Source: an uncultured Candidatus Rokubacteria bacterium
GTDB lineage: Bacteria; Methylomirabilota; Methylomirabilia; Rokubacteriales; DASRDR01
Direction: 5' to 3'
Length of the DNA: 64,000 nucleotides
NCBI GenBank assembly: GCA_963708025.1
Contig: CAVPSB010000016.1
Coordinates: forward strand, 96,001 to 160,000
This document shows positions 37,998-47,802 of the stretch, in pieces (position 1 is the first letter of the stretch; each line of letters starts with the position of its first letter). The position numbers were made by a program, and so were the translations under genes. Below the pieces are notes generated by a model. That model had not been told where the DNA came from. It did no database searches and was given only the letters and a program-made list of their open reading frames with translations.

Positions 37998-39503
37998 TCA
38001 CGCCTTCACGGGAAGCGTGACGGTGAACGTCGAGCCCTTCCCGACCTCGCTCTGGAGCCGGATCGTGCCCCCGTGCAGCTCGGCGAATCGCCGGGCGAGC
38101 GCGAGACCCAGTCCCGTCCCTTCCTGCTTCCGGGCGGTGTCCGAGCCGGCCTGACGGAACTCCTCGAAGATCGCCGCCTGGTCCTCGGAGGCGATCCCGA
38201 CTCCCGAATCGGCGACCGCGATCTCCACGACGCCGTCGCCCGGCGCCGCGGTCACCCCGATCCGGCCCCCGTCCGGGGTGAACTTGACCGCGTTGGAGAG
38301 GAGATTGAGGAGGATCTGCCGGATCTTGCGCTCGTCGCCCACGAAGTCGCCCAGCCGGGGATCGAGGTTGAGCTCCAGGGTGACCCCGTGGCGGACCGCC
38401 CGCTCGCGGACCAGGGTCAGGGCGCTCTCGATCGCCGCCGGCAGGTCGAACGGACCGAGATCCAGATCCATCCGGCCGGCTTCGATCTTCGAGAGGTCGA
38501 GGATGTCGTTGATGAGGGAGAGGAGGTGCCGCCCGGAGGCGTGGATGTCCCCGACGTACTCCATCTGCTTCGGCGTTCAGCTCGCCGAACATCCGCTCCT
38601 GCAGCACCTCGGAAAAGCCGATGACGGCATTCAGCGGGGTGCGCAGCTCGTGCGACATGTTGGCGAGGAACTCGGACTTGTGGCGGCTGGCGGCCTCGAG
38701 CTGCTGGTAGAGCCGGCCCAGCTCCTCGCTCATGCGGTTGAGGTTCGTGGCCAGGGTCCCCAGCTCGTCCCGGTTCGCCACCTCGACCCGGCCGGAGAAG
38801 TCGCCCGGCCGCGATCTCCCGGAGCCGCGCGTCCATCTGCTTGACGGGGCCGATCAGCGACCACGAGATCGCGTAGCCGAGGACCAGGGCCAGGCCGATG
38901 CTCCCGACCGCGAACCCGATGACCACCCGCCGGGAGGTCGACGTACGCGTCGTGGCTCGTCTCGATGCTGGCCACCATGTCGGCCTCGGCCTTGTTCACC
39001 AGCTCGTTGGTGAGCCGCTCGAGGCGGTCGGCCAGCGGGCTGGCCCGGGCGATCTGCAGGTCGCGCCCCTCGGCGGCCTTGCCCGCTCCGGATCAGCTCG
39101 ATCACCTGGGTGACGACCTTGATGAACTCCTCGTAGTCCTCGCGGACGCGGCCGAGCAACTCCACCTCGTCCTTGGCCACGAACTGCAGCCGGTCGAGGT
39201 CGTAGCCGAACTGGTTGAGCTGGCGCAGGGTGGCCTCCAGCGTGCGCTCGTCGGGAACGAGGAGCGCCGACGCGACGCTGTAGAGCTGGCCGGTGGTGTC
39301 GTGCTGGAGCTGGCGGTAGGCGGCGATCTTGCGCTGCAGCTGCACCAGGTCCTCGGCGCGGTGGTTGGCGCCGGCTGAGCACTCGGAGACCGACGGCGCC
39401 GACGATCGATCAGGAGCACGACGATCGCCAGGAAGGCGACCAGCAGCTTGGCGTGGACGGCGACCGGGACCCGGGCGACCAGCCGGGGCAGCCAGTCGGT
39501 CAT
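37998..39503 (-). CDS. Membrane sensor kinase (TM-helical sensor-TM-HAMP-HisKA-HATPase), split by several frameshifts
   Basis: [53 protein letters not shown], spread across several ORFs. Confidence 0.85.
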
Positions 39504-40112
39504 CGCGGTGCCGCCCTCGCGGAGCAGGCGCCTGGAGGTCGCGCAGGAACTCGTCGGGATCGAACCGGACCCCGAGGTACTGGACCCGGAGGATGCCGCT
39601 GCGCGATCGACGAGCGACGTCAGGAACGTGTGGTCCACGTCCCCGCGCTCCTGCTTCCGGTAGACGACGCCGTAGCGCCGGGCGACGTCCTGGATCTCGG
39701 CCGGCGTCCCGGTGAGGAACGCCCACCCCGCCGGGTTGGCCCCGTGGGACCCGGCGTACCGGCGCCAGCACGTCCGGCGTGTCCCGCTCGGGGTCCACCG
39801 TGATCGAGACGAAGAAGACCGGGGCCCGAAGCCGGCCCCAGGCGGGCCTGCACGCCGGCCAGCTTGGCGGTCAGCAGCGGGCAGGTGTCGGTGCAGCTCG
39901 CGTAGATGAAGGTGACGGCGACCACCTTGCCGCGGAGGGCGGCCAGGGTCAACCGATCCCCGGTCTGGGCGGTGAGGCTGAACTCCGGGGCCGGGCCGAT
40001 CTTCGAGAGACGGGCATCCTGGCCCGGCTGGTGGCCGAGGCCCGGCGCCGGCCAGGCGGTGCAGGCGAGGAGGAGGAGAAGCGCGGTAGTCCCGCCGCGT
40101 CAGGCTCGGCAC
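39500..40112 (-). CDS. SCO/SenC copper-binding thioredoxin-fold protein, frameshifted
   Basis: APEFSLT, TFIYASCTDTCP (CxxxC), ITVDPERDTP, VDHT. Confidence 0.85.
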
Positions 40113-40115
40113 CCG

Positions 40116-41116
40116 TTAGCCTTTGAGCTCCTTCTTCAGCTCGGCGAGGAACCGCCAGTCGGTGCCCTGGGCGATGATCCGCTGCGGGCTCGCCTTGATC
40201 ATCCCGATCTCGAGCAGCCGGAGCGCGTAGAACCGGACGGTATCCTCCGGGTTGTAATCGCGCCATCTATCGTACGGGATTTCCTTCATGGTCTGGAGCG
40301 CATACTCGTACTCCTTCGTGTAACCCCGGTTCACCAGGAGCCGGGCGGCCCGCTGCGGCTCGAGGGCGCACAGGGTCGGCGGCTTTGAGGATCGCCCGCA
40401 GCGCCCGCTTGGCGGCCACCGGAGACTTCCGGATGAACTCGCGGTTGGCCGCCAGCACGCAGCAGAAATACTGAGACCAGGGGCGGTCCACGGCGCTGTT
40501 GACCACCACGTGTCCGATCTTCTTCGCCCGCAGCTCCTGGGGAACCGGGGGAAAGCCGATCAGGGCGTCCACCCGCCCCTCGGCCAGGAGCCGGGCGGAC
40601 TCCGCCGGGTGATGGATCAGCCAGTTGATGTCCTTTCGGGGGTCGAGGCCGACATGGGCGGCCATGCTGGACAGGAACACGTGATGGGCCGATCCCATTC
40701 CGGGGATGCCGACCGTCTTCCCCTTCAGGTCGCGGATCGCCCGGACCCGATCGGTCCCGACCACCTCGAAGCAGCCGACGTGCACGCCACCCAAGAGCAC
40801 GACCGGGAGCCCGGCATCCACCTGGATGAGGAAGGGCGCGACGAACGCCATGCTGATGTCGAGGTCGTTGGCGGCGAAGGCCGGGTACGGATTGGCCTCA
40901 GGGAAGCTCACGTACCGGACGTCGGTGAACCCCTCGGCGTGCAGCAGCTCGTCGGCGATGTACTGGGGCGCCACGCAGATGCCGGCGATCTGCGACAGCC
41001 GCAGCCGCGTCGTCTCCGGCGGCGGCTCCGCATCGACCGGCGTCGCCGTCCACGCCGAGCAGTCCCGCGGCGCCAGCCACGGAAAGGCCACTGAGGAAGC
41101 GACGGCGGGTCATCAT
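40116..41116 (-). CDS. Tat-exported NMT1/SsuA-like solute-binding protein (third copy), frameshifted
   Basis: TRRRFL signal; EPPPETTRLRL, ICVAPQY, HVGCFE, DLKGKTV, RPWSQYFCC, DWRFLAELKKELKG. Confidence 0.85.
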
Positions 41117-42117
41117 CCCTTCAGCTCCTTCCTCAGCTCGTTCAGGAACCGCCAGTCCGTGCCCTGGGCGATGATCTTCTGCGGGCTCGACTTGATGAGA
41201 CCGGTCTCGTGCAAGCGGAGCGCGTAGAATCGTAGGGTGTCTTCGGGATCGTACTCGCGCCACCGCGCGTACGGGATCATCGCGTCAGCGCCTGAAGCGC
41301 GTAGTCGTAGCTCGGGGTGAAATCCTGGTCAACGAGGAGCCGGGCGGCTCGCTCGGGTTCGAGGCTGCAGACCTGGTTGGCCTTCAGGATCGCTCGCAAC
41401 GCGCGCTTCGTGGCCATCGGACGGGCGGACGAACTCCCGGTTCGCGACCACGGTACAGCAGAAGTACTGGGACCAGGGCCGGTCGAGCGTCGTGTTGACG
41501 ATCACCCGCCCGACCTTCTTCGCCCGGAGCTCCTGCGGCTCCGGTGGAAAGGCCATGAAGGCGTCGATCTCCCCCGCGGCCAGCCGTCGCATGGACTCAT
41601 CGGGCGGCATCGCGACGAAGTTGACGTCGTGGCGGGGATCGAGACCCACGTGGGCGAGCATGCTGACGAGGAACGCGTGAGGTCCCGACTCCGAGGCTCG
41701 GCACGGCGACTGACGTGCCCTTCAGGTCGCGGATCGCGCGGACCCGGCCGGTCGCGAAGAGCTCGAAGCAGCCGACGTGGAGTCCGGCCACCATCGTGAG
41801 CGGGGCCCCCCTGTCGACCCAGATGACCAGGTTCGGCGCGGTACGACCCCGATGTCGGCCTCTCCGGACGCCAGGGCCTCCCGGATGGCGTCGCCGCCGG
41901 TCGTGGTCCACGTAGTCGATCGCGCTGAATCCCTCGGCCGAGAGCAGCTCCTCGGCCACGTACGGTGGGCGCGAGGCAGAGGGCTGGCGCGCGGACGAGC
42001 CGGACCCGCGGGATCTCGGCGGCGACTCCGCGTGCCGCCGGCGCCGGCCACGCCGCCAGCAGACCTGCCGCGCCGATCCCGGTGAGGCCGCCCCAGGAGC
42101 GCCCGCCGGGTCATCAT
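41113..42117 (-). CDS. Tat-exported NMT1/SsuA-like solute-binding protein (second copy), frameshifted
   Basis: MMTRRALL; LCLAP, LHVGCFELF, RPWSQYFCC, DWRFLNELRKELKG; ATGA overlaps on both sides. Confidence 0.8.
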
Positions 42118-42629
42118 CCCTTCAGCTCCTTCTTCAGCTCGGTCAGGAACCGCCAGTCGGTCCCCTGGGCGATGATCTTCTGGGGGCTCGACCGGATCAT
42201 CCCCGCTTCGTGCAGGCGGAGCGCGTAGAATCGGACCGTATCCTCCGCATCGTAATCGCGCCAGCGCCCGTATGGAACATCCCGCATGGTCTGCAGTGTG
42301 GAGTCGTAATTCTTGGCGAAGCCTCGGTCGGTCATGACCCGAGCGGCTCGTTCGGGCTCCTGTGCACAAAGCATGTCGGCCTTGAGGATGGCTCGGATTG
42401 CGCGTTTCGTGGCGACCGGGTACTTGGCCACAAACTGCCTGTTCCCGGTCACCAGATGAGGAGCCAGACAGAGGCTCGGAAACTTCAGGAGCCTGAGCCG
42501 CGTCGTCTCGGGCGGCGGCTCGGCGGCGGCCGGCCCCCCGTCCAGCCCGAAGAGCCCGGCCGCTCCGCTGACGGCCAGGCCGCCCAGGAACTCTCGCCTG
42601 GTCCACGCTTCGGCGCGTCGGCTGGTCAT
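42114..42629 (-). CDS. Solute-binding protein paralog (first copy) with an in-frame internal deletion of about half the protein
   Basis: TRREFL signal and LCLAPH join directly to GNRQFV...DWRFLTELKKELKG; 171 aa versus about 330 aa for its neighbours. Confidence 0.75.
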   Translation of the reverse strand: MTSRRAEAWTRREFLGGLAVSGAAGLFGLDGGPAAAEPPPETTRLRLLKFPSLCLAPHLVTGNRQFVAKYPVATKRAIRAILKADMLCAQEPERAARVMTDRGFAKNYDSTLQTMRDVPYGRWRDYDAEDTVRFYALRLHEAGMIRSSPQKIIAQGTDWRFLTELKKELKG

Positions 42630-42646
42630 GGCCACTCGTCAGCGGC

Positions 42647-42948
42647 TCAGTGCGCCGTCAGGAACGCCCGGGCGTGGGTCAGCTCCGGCCGGTCGGTGTC
42701 GGCCTGGGCGGCCAGCGAGACGAGCTGCCCGTAGTACTGCTTCGCCGTCGCGGTGTCACCGGCCAGCTCGGCCGCCCGGGCGGCGCCGCGGAGGCCATTG
42801 AAGCGGTTCGGCTCCCGGCGCAGCGAGGCCTCGTACTCGACCAGGGCGGGTCGGGCCTGGCCCAGCTCGAGCAGCAGGTCGCCGAGCATCTCGCGAGCCG
42901 GCAGGACCGGGGCCGGGGTGACCGGATGCTTCTCGGTGGAGTCCTCGA
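42647..42948 (-). pseudogene. C-terminal fragment of a TPR protein
   Basis: [27 protein letters not shown]...[14 protein letters not shown]; no own start, abuts the truncated activator. Confidence 0.7.
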
Positions 42949-43856
42949 CCGATCTCGTCCAGGAAGAGGGTCCCGGGGTGGGCCATCTCGAACTTGCCCC
43001 GCCGGGCCGCCGTCGCCCCCGTGAACGCCCCCTTCTCGTGGCCGAACAGCTCCGCTTCGAGCAGCGTCGCCGGGATGGCGGCGCAATTGATGACGACGAA
43101 CGGGGCGGCGGCCCGGTCACTGGCGTCGTGAATGGCCCGGGCCACCAGCTCCTTGCCCGTCCCGGTCTCGCCCAGGATGGTCACGGTCGCGCGGGTGGGG
43201 GCGGCCTGCATCGCCTGCTCGAGCACCCGCTGGAGGACCGGCCCCCCCACCAGGCCCGGAAAGTGATGGAACGCCGCCCGCCGGAGCGCCGCGTTCTCGC
43301 GCTGGATCGTCTCCTTCTCCTGGCGGAGCGACTGGTAGAGACGCGCGTTCTCCAGCGCGACGGCGATGTTACCGGCGACCGCCTCCAGGAGCGCCAGGTC
43401 CTCCGGGGTGAAGGTCCCCTCCTTCTTGTTGATGACCTGGGTGACGCCGATGATCCCCGACCGGGTCCGGAGCGGCGCGCAGATGAGGCTGCGGCTGGCG
43501 GTGCCGACCTGCCGGTCCACGGCCTGGTAGAAGCGCGGCTCCCGCGAGACGTCGGGTACGAGCATCGAGCGGCCTTCCCGGAGCACCACGCCGCTGATCC
43601 CCTGGCTCGCCGGGAAGCGGATCTCCCGGATCCGCTGGGAGGCGTCGAGCCGCTCGTCGGTGGAGACCGGGAAGTAGAACTCGTCGCGCCCGGGGTCGTA
43701 GAGGATGATGGAGGACGTCTCGGCCCCCAGGAGGCTCTTGAGCCTCTCCATCATGACCGGCAGCAGCGCCTCGACGTCCACCAGCTCGTGGAAGGAGCGG
43801 CTGGTCTCCAGGAGGAGGGCGAGCGTGTCGCGGGTGCGATCGGGAACGGCGTCCAT
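42949..43856 (-). pseudogene. GAF - sigma54 enhancer-binding protein truncated just after Walker B
   Basis: [30 protein letters not shown], then unrelated sequence; no arginine-finger region or HTH. Confidence 0.82.
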
Positions 43857-43997
43857 CGTCGGACCCGGTCGCCCTGCGGGGCGGCCGGCGTGGAGACTGT
43901 ATGCCGCCGCCCGGGCCAGGGTCAAGCGCCGCCGACCGCTCTACCGTCCACCGCTTCGCCGGGGGCCGGCGGGTCGGAGTGGTACACTGAGGCCGGC

Positions 43998-44291
43998 ATG
44001 AGCCACGGCATGGGAAGGTCCGGCCTGCTCCTGGCGCTGGTCCTGCTCTGGGCCCTGTCAACGCTTCCCCAGCCGGGGTGGAATGGCCTGCCTGGTCTTA
44101 CGGGGATCGCCGGTGTCGCCGACGACGCCGGCCGCCGCTCGCTGTCCGCGCTGGATGCCATCTTCGGTGACTTCATCTCGTCGCTCGCCCCCGTCCTGAT
44201 CCTGCTGGCCGCGACCACCCCCCTCCGGGAAGTCGCCACCGCGCCCCACGCGGTCCCGGCGTTCCAGACCAGAGGACCTCCCCGCCGCTAG
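43998..44291 (+). CDS. 97-aa exported/membrane peptide ending RGPP-RR (candidate ribosome-arrest leader)
   Basis: Hydrophobic N-terminus GLLLALVLLWALS; C-terminus PAFQTRGPPRR*; TACACT -10-like element upstream. Confidence 0.6.
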   Translation: MSHGMGRSGLLLALVLLWALSTLPQPGWNGLPGLTGIAGVADDAGRRSLSALDAIFGDFISSLAPVLILLAATTPLREVATAPHAVPAFQTRGPPRR

Positions 44292-44430
44292 CGTTCCGAG
44301 GAGCCCGTACCGCCCCCGGGGCGGCCAGCCGTCCTCCGAAGGTGAACGGCCGTCCCCGAGGGTCGCGTCTCGTCGTCCGCGAGGCGAACGGGTGCTCGAC
44401 GATGTCCGCGGAAGAGGAGGAGGGTGGTCA

Positions 44431-44859
44431 ATGAAGTGGTTTCGGGACACGATCACGGTCCAGACCGGGCAGAGCCAGGAGTTCATCGACGTCACCAAGC
44501 GGGTCCGCGACGTCGTCGCCCGATCCGAGATCCGAAACGGGATGCTGATCGTGAACTCCCTGCACACGACCATGGCGCTGTTCATGAACGAGTTTCAGTC
44601 GGCACTCATCGATGATCTCGGCGAGATCCTCCAGCGCCTGGTCCCCCGACGGGACGGCTACCGGCACGACGATCCCCGGTTCTCGGACTGCGACCGCGCC
44701 AACGGCCACGCGCATCTCCGGGCCACGCTGCTCGGCCGCAGCGTCGCGGTGGCGGTAGCGGACGGGGAGCCGGCGCTCGGGACCTACGAGAGCCTGGTCA
44801 TCGCCGAGCTCGATGGGCCGCGGACCCGCACCCTGGGCGTCCAAGTGATGGGCGAGTAG
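44431..44859 (+). CDS. yjbQ: YjbQ/UPF0047 family protein
   Basis: FIDVT, HTT, NE, NGHAHLRA, ELDGPR; strong RBS. Confidence 0.9.
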   Translation: MKWFRDTITVQTGQSQEFIDVTKRVRDVVARSEIRNGMLIVNSLHTTMALFMNEFQSALIDDLGEILQRLVPRRDGYRHDDPRFSDCDRANGHAHLRATLLGRSVAVAVADGEPALGTYESLVIAELDGPRTRTLGVQVMGE

Positions 44860-44885
44860 ATCGGGGGAGTAACTCGGCGCGACCC

Positions 44886-44920
44886 GGAAGGGGGCCCAAG
44901 GGCCCCCTTTCCTTCTTTCT
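44886..44920 (+). terminator. GC hairpin followed by a pyrimidine/T tract after yjbQ
   Basis: GGAAGGGGGCCC-AA-GGGCCCCCTTTCC then TTCTTTCT. Confidence 0.6.
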
Positions 44921-45476
44921 CGCGGGCCAGCGCCAGCGGGAAGGGCTCGGGCCCGCCCCCCTGCTGCGAGACCGCCATCTGTTTCGCCCGCCAGCGCTCC
45001 ACCGTCCCCTGACGACCCGCCTACACGAGCAGGCGCTCCACGAGATACGGCGTTAGACCAGTGAGCCGGAGGCGGCCGGTTCGTGTGGCTCGCCCCGCGG
45101 CTTAAGCGACACGAAGTGACGATTCACGACATCTCGGCGGGCCAATCCGTCCCTGTCTCAGCACGATCCCAAATGAGTCGGGTAGCCTGCGAGTTCGGTG
45201 AGAGACGGGAGCTGCATAGCAACGCAGGGCGTTTGGCCCCGTTCCCATTTTGAAGTCGCTGCAGAAGCGACTGGCCTCTGACTTGCAGCAGTTCGCCGCT
45301 GCTCGACGCCAGTAGAGGACACTGTGCGGACCCACGGCCGTCGAGGATAGGCAAGACATTCGGAGTGGCGGGAAGTCCTGGAGGCCGCTTCATCCGAGTT
45401 ACGGTCGCAGGGTTGCCGAGCGAACGCGGCCTTCTCAAGGCTGTGTCTTCGCCCGCGGACGTGGGGGAGGGAGCCC

Positions 45477-47784
45477 ATGCTCGTCCGATGGAGGCTGCGC
45501 CGATCGGCTGCGCTCACTTCATTGCTCGTCGTTCTCGGCCTGGCCGGCCTTGCGGATGCCCAAACGGCTCAGCTCACGTTGACGTGGGCCGACAACTCCT
45601 CCAACGAAGATGGCTTCGGCATCCAGCGCAAGATCGGGACGAGCGGGACTTACGTCCAGCGGGCCACCACAGGCTCGAATGCCAACTCGTACGTTGATGT
45701 AGGTCTCACCCCCGGCACGACGTACTGCTATCGGACATTCGCCTTCAACGTCGCCGGAAACTCGGCGTACTCGAACGAGGCGTGCGGGACCACGGCGGCC
45801 CTACCATCCATGACGATTGCCGCCACGACGGCCACCGCGACCGAGGTCGGCCCCGCCGCCGGCGTCTTCACCGTCTCTCGCACCGGCGCCACCACCGCGG
45901 CCCTGACCGTCAACTACACCGTCGGCGGCACCGCCACCGCGGGGAGTGACTACGTCACGCTCTCCGGCAGCCTGACCATCCCCGCCGGCGCCGCCTCTGC
46001 GCCCATTACCGTGACGCCCATCAACGACACCCTCGTCGAGCCCAACGAGACCGTCGTCGTCACCCTGGCCGCCAACGCCGCCTACACCCTCGGCGCTCCG
46101 GCCAGCGCCACCGTCACCCTCGTCAGCGATGACGTCGCCTCGCTGCCGACCGTGACCATCGCCGCCACGACGGCCACCGCGACCGAGGCCGGCCCCACCG
46201 CCGGCGTCTTCACCGTCTCTCGCACCGGCGCCACCACCGCGGCCCTGACCGTCAACTACACCGTCGGCGGCACCGCCACCGCGGGGACCGACTACACGAC
46301 CCTCCCCGGCAGCCTGACGATCCCGATCGGCGCCGCCTCTGCACGCATTACCGTGACGCCCATCAACGACACCCTCGTCGAGCCCAACGAGACCGTCGTC
46401 GTCACCCTGACCGCCAACGCCGCCTACACCGGTGCTCCGGCCAGTGCCACCGTCACCCTCGTCAGCGATGACGTCGCCTCGCTGCCGACCGTGACCATCG
46501 CCGCCACGACGGCCACCGCGACCGAGGCCGGCCCCACCGCCGGCGTCTTCACCGTCTCTCGCACCGGCGCCACCACCGCGGCCCTGACCGTCAACTACAC
46601 CGTCGGCGGCACCGCCACCGCGGGGACCGACTACACGACCCTCCCCGGCAGCCTGACGATCCCGATCGGCGCCGCCTCTGCGCGCATTACCGTGACGCCC
46701 ATCAGCGACACTCTCGTCGAGCCCAACGAGACCGTCGTCGTCACCCTGGCCGCCAACGCCGCCTACACCCGCGGCACGCCTGGCAGCGCCACCGTCACCC
46801 TCGTCGGCGATGACGCGCCGAGCAACAAGCGCCTGATCGTCACCGCCCCGGGAGCGGGCGGCGGCCCGCACGTCCGAACCTTCGACGAGTTCGGAGACGC
46901 GGGCGAAGTGAGCCTGTTGGCCTACAGTGCGACCTTCAGCGGTGGCGTCTTCGTGGCCGCCGGGGATCTCGACGGCGATGGCGACCCCGAGATCATCACG
47001 GGACCGGACAGTGGAGGGCAGCCGCTGGTACGGACGTTCCGCAGCAGCAATGCCCCCTTCGGGGTCGAGTTCATGGCCTACGATCCCGCCTTCACCGGCG
47101 GGGTGCGGGTCGCCGCGTGCGATGTTCAACGGCGACGGCCGGGCCGAGATCATCACCGGCGCCGGCCCGGGGGGTGGGCCGCGCGTTTGGGTGTGGAAGG
47201 TTGACGGCACGACGGTGACGAGGATGGTCGGGTTCTTCGCCTACGACTCGATGTTCACCGGCGGCGTGTTCGTCGCATGCGCCGATCTCGACAATGACGG
47301 CCGGGCCGAGATCATCACCGGCGCCGGCCCCGGCGGTGAGCCGCATGTTCGCGCCTTCCGCGTGATTTCCAACGTCTCGGTGGAGGAGGTCGCCAGCTTC
47401 TTGGCCTATGCGTCAACCTTCGGGGGCGGTGTCTTCGTCGGGGCGGGGGATGTCAACGGCGACGGCCGGGCCGAGATCATCACCGGCGCCGGCCCGGGGG
47501 GTGGGCCGCGCGTTTGGGTGTGGAAGGTTGACGGCACGACGGTGACGAGGATGGTCGGGTTCTTCGCCTACGACTCGATGTTCACCGGCGGGGTGCGGGT
47601 CGCGGCGGCCGACCTCGACGGAGACGGTCGCGCCGAGGTGATCACCGGGGCCGGGCCGGGCGGCGGCCCCCAGGTGGCGAGCTTCAGCGTGGTCGGCGGC
47701 GTGGTGATGACCCAGGAGCTTTCGTTCTTCGCCTACGACCCCAGCTTCACGGGTGGGGTGTTCGTCGCGGGGTTCGGGCGGTGA
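45477..47784 (+). CDS. Secreted surface protein: FN3 + 3x Calx-beta-like + FG-GAP/VCBS repeats; frameshift near 47125
   Basis: Signal peptide; LTWADNSSNEDGF..YCYR..A.N..G.S (FN3); TATAG.DY...NDTLVEPNETVVVTL repeats; GDLDGDG.EIITG.GPGG.P repeats. The extra T is visible by comparing gatgttcaac with the duplicate gatgtcaac. Confidence 0.88.
45819..46813 (+). repeat. Three near-identical tandem units (starts 45819, 46161, 46500; periods 342 and 339 nt)
   Basis: Unit begins gccgccacgacggccaccgcgaccgagg. Confidence 0.92.
47127..47590 (+). repeat. Direct repeat of about 135 nt at 47127-47263 and 47454-47590 (offset 327)
   Basis: Identical caacggcgacggccgggccgagatc...gatgttcaccggcgg. Confidence 0.9.
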
Positions 47785-47802
47785 CGAGCAGCCAGGGCTC
47801 GC

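Noticed and set aside
45819-47590. Repeats considered as a CRISPR array or DGR template/variable pair
   Set aside because: Units are long, in-frame protein modules with no unique spacers, no adenine-specific variation, and no cas or RT gene.
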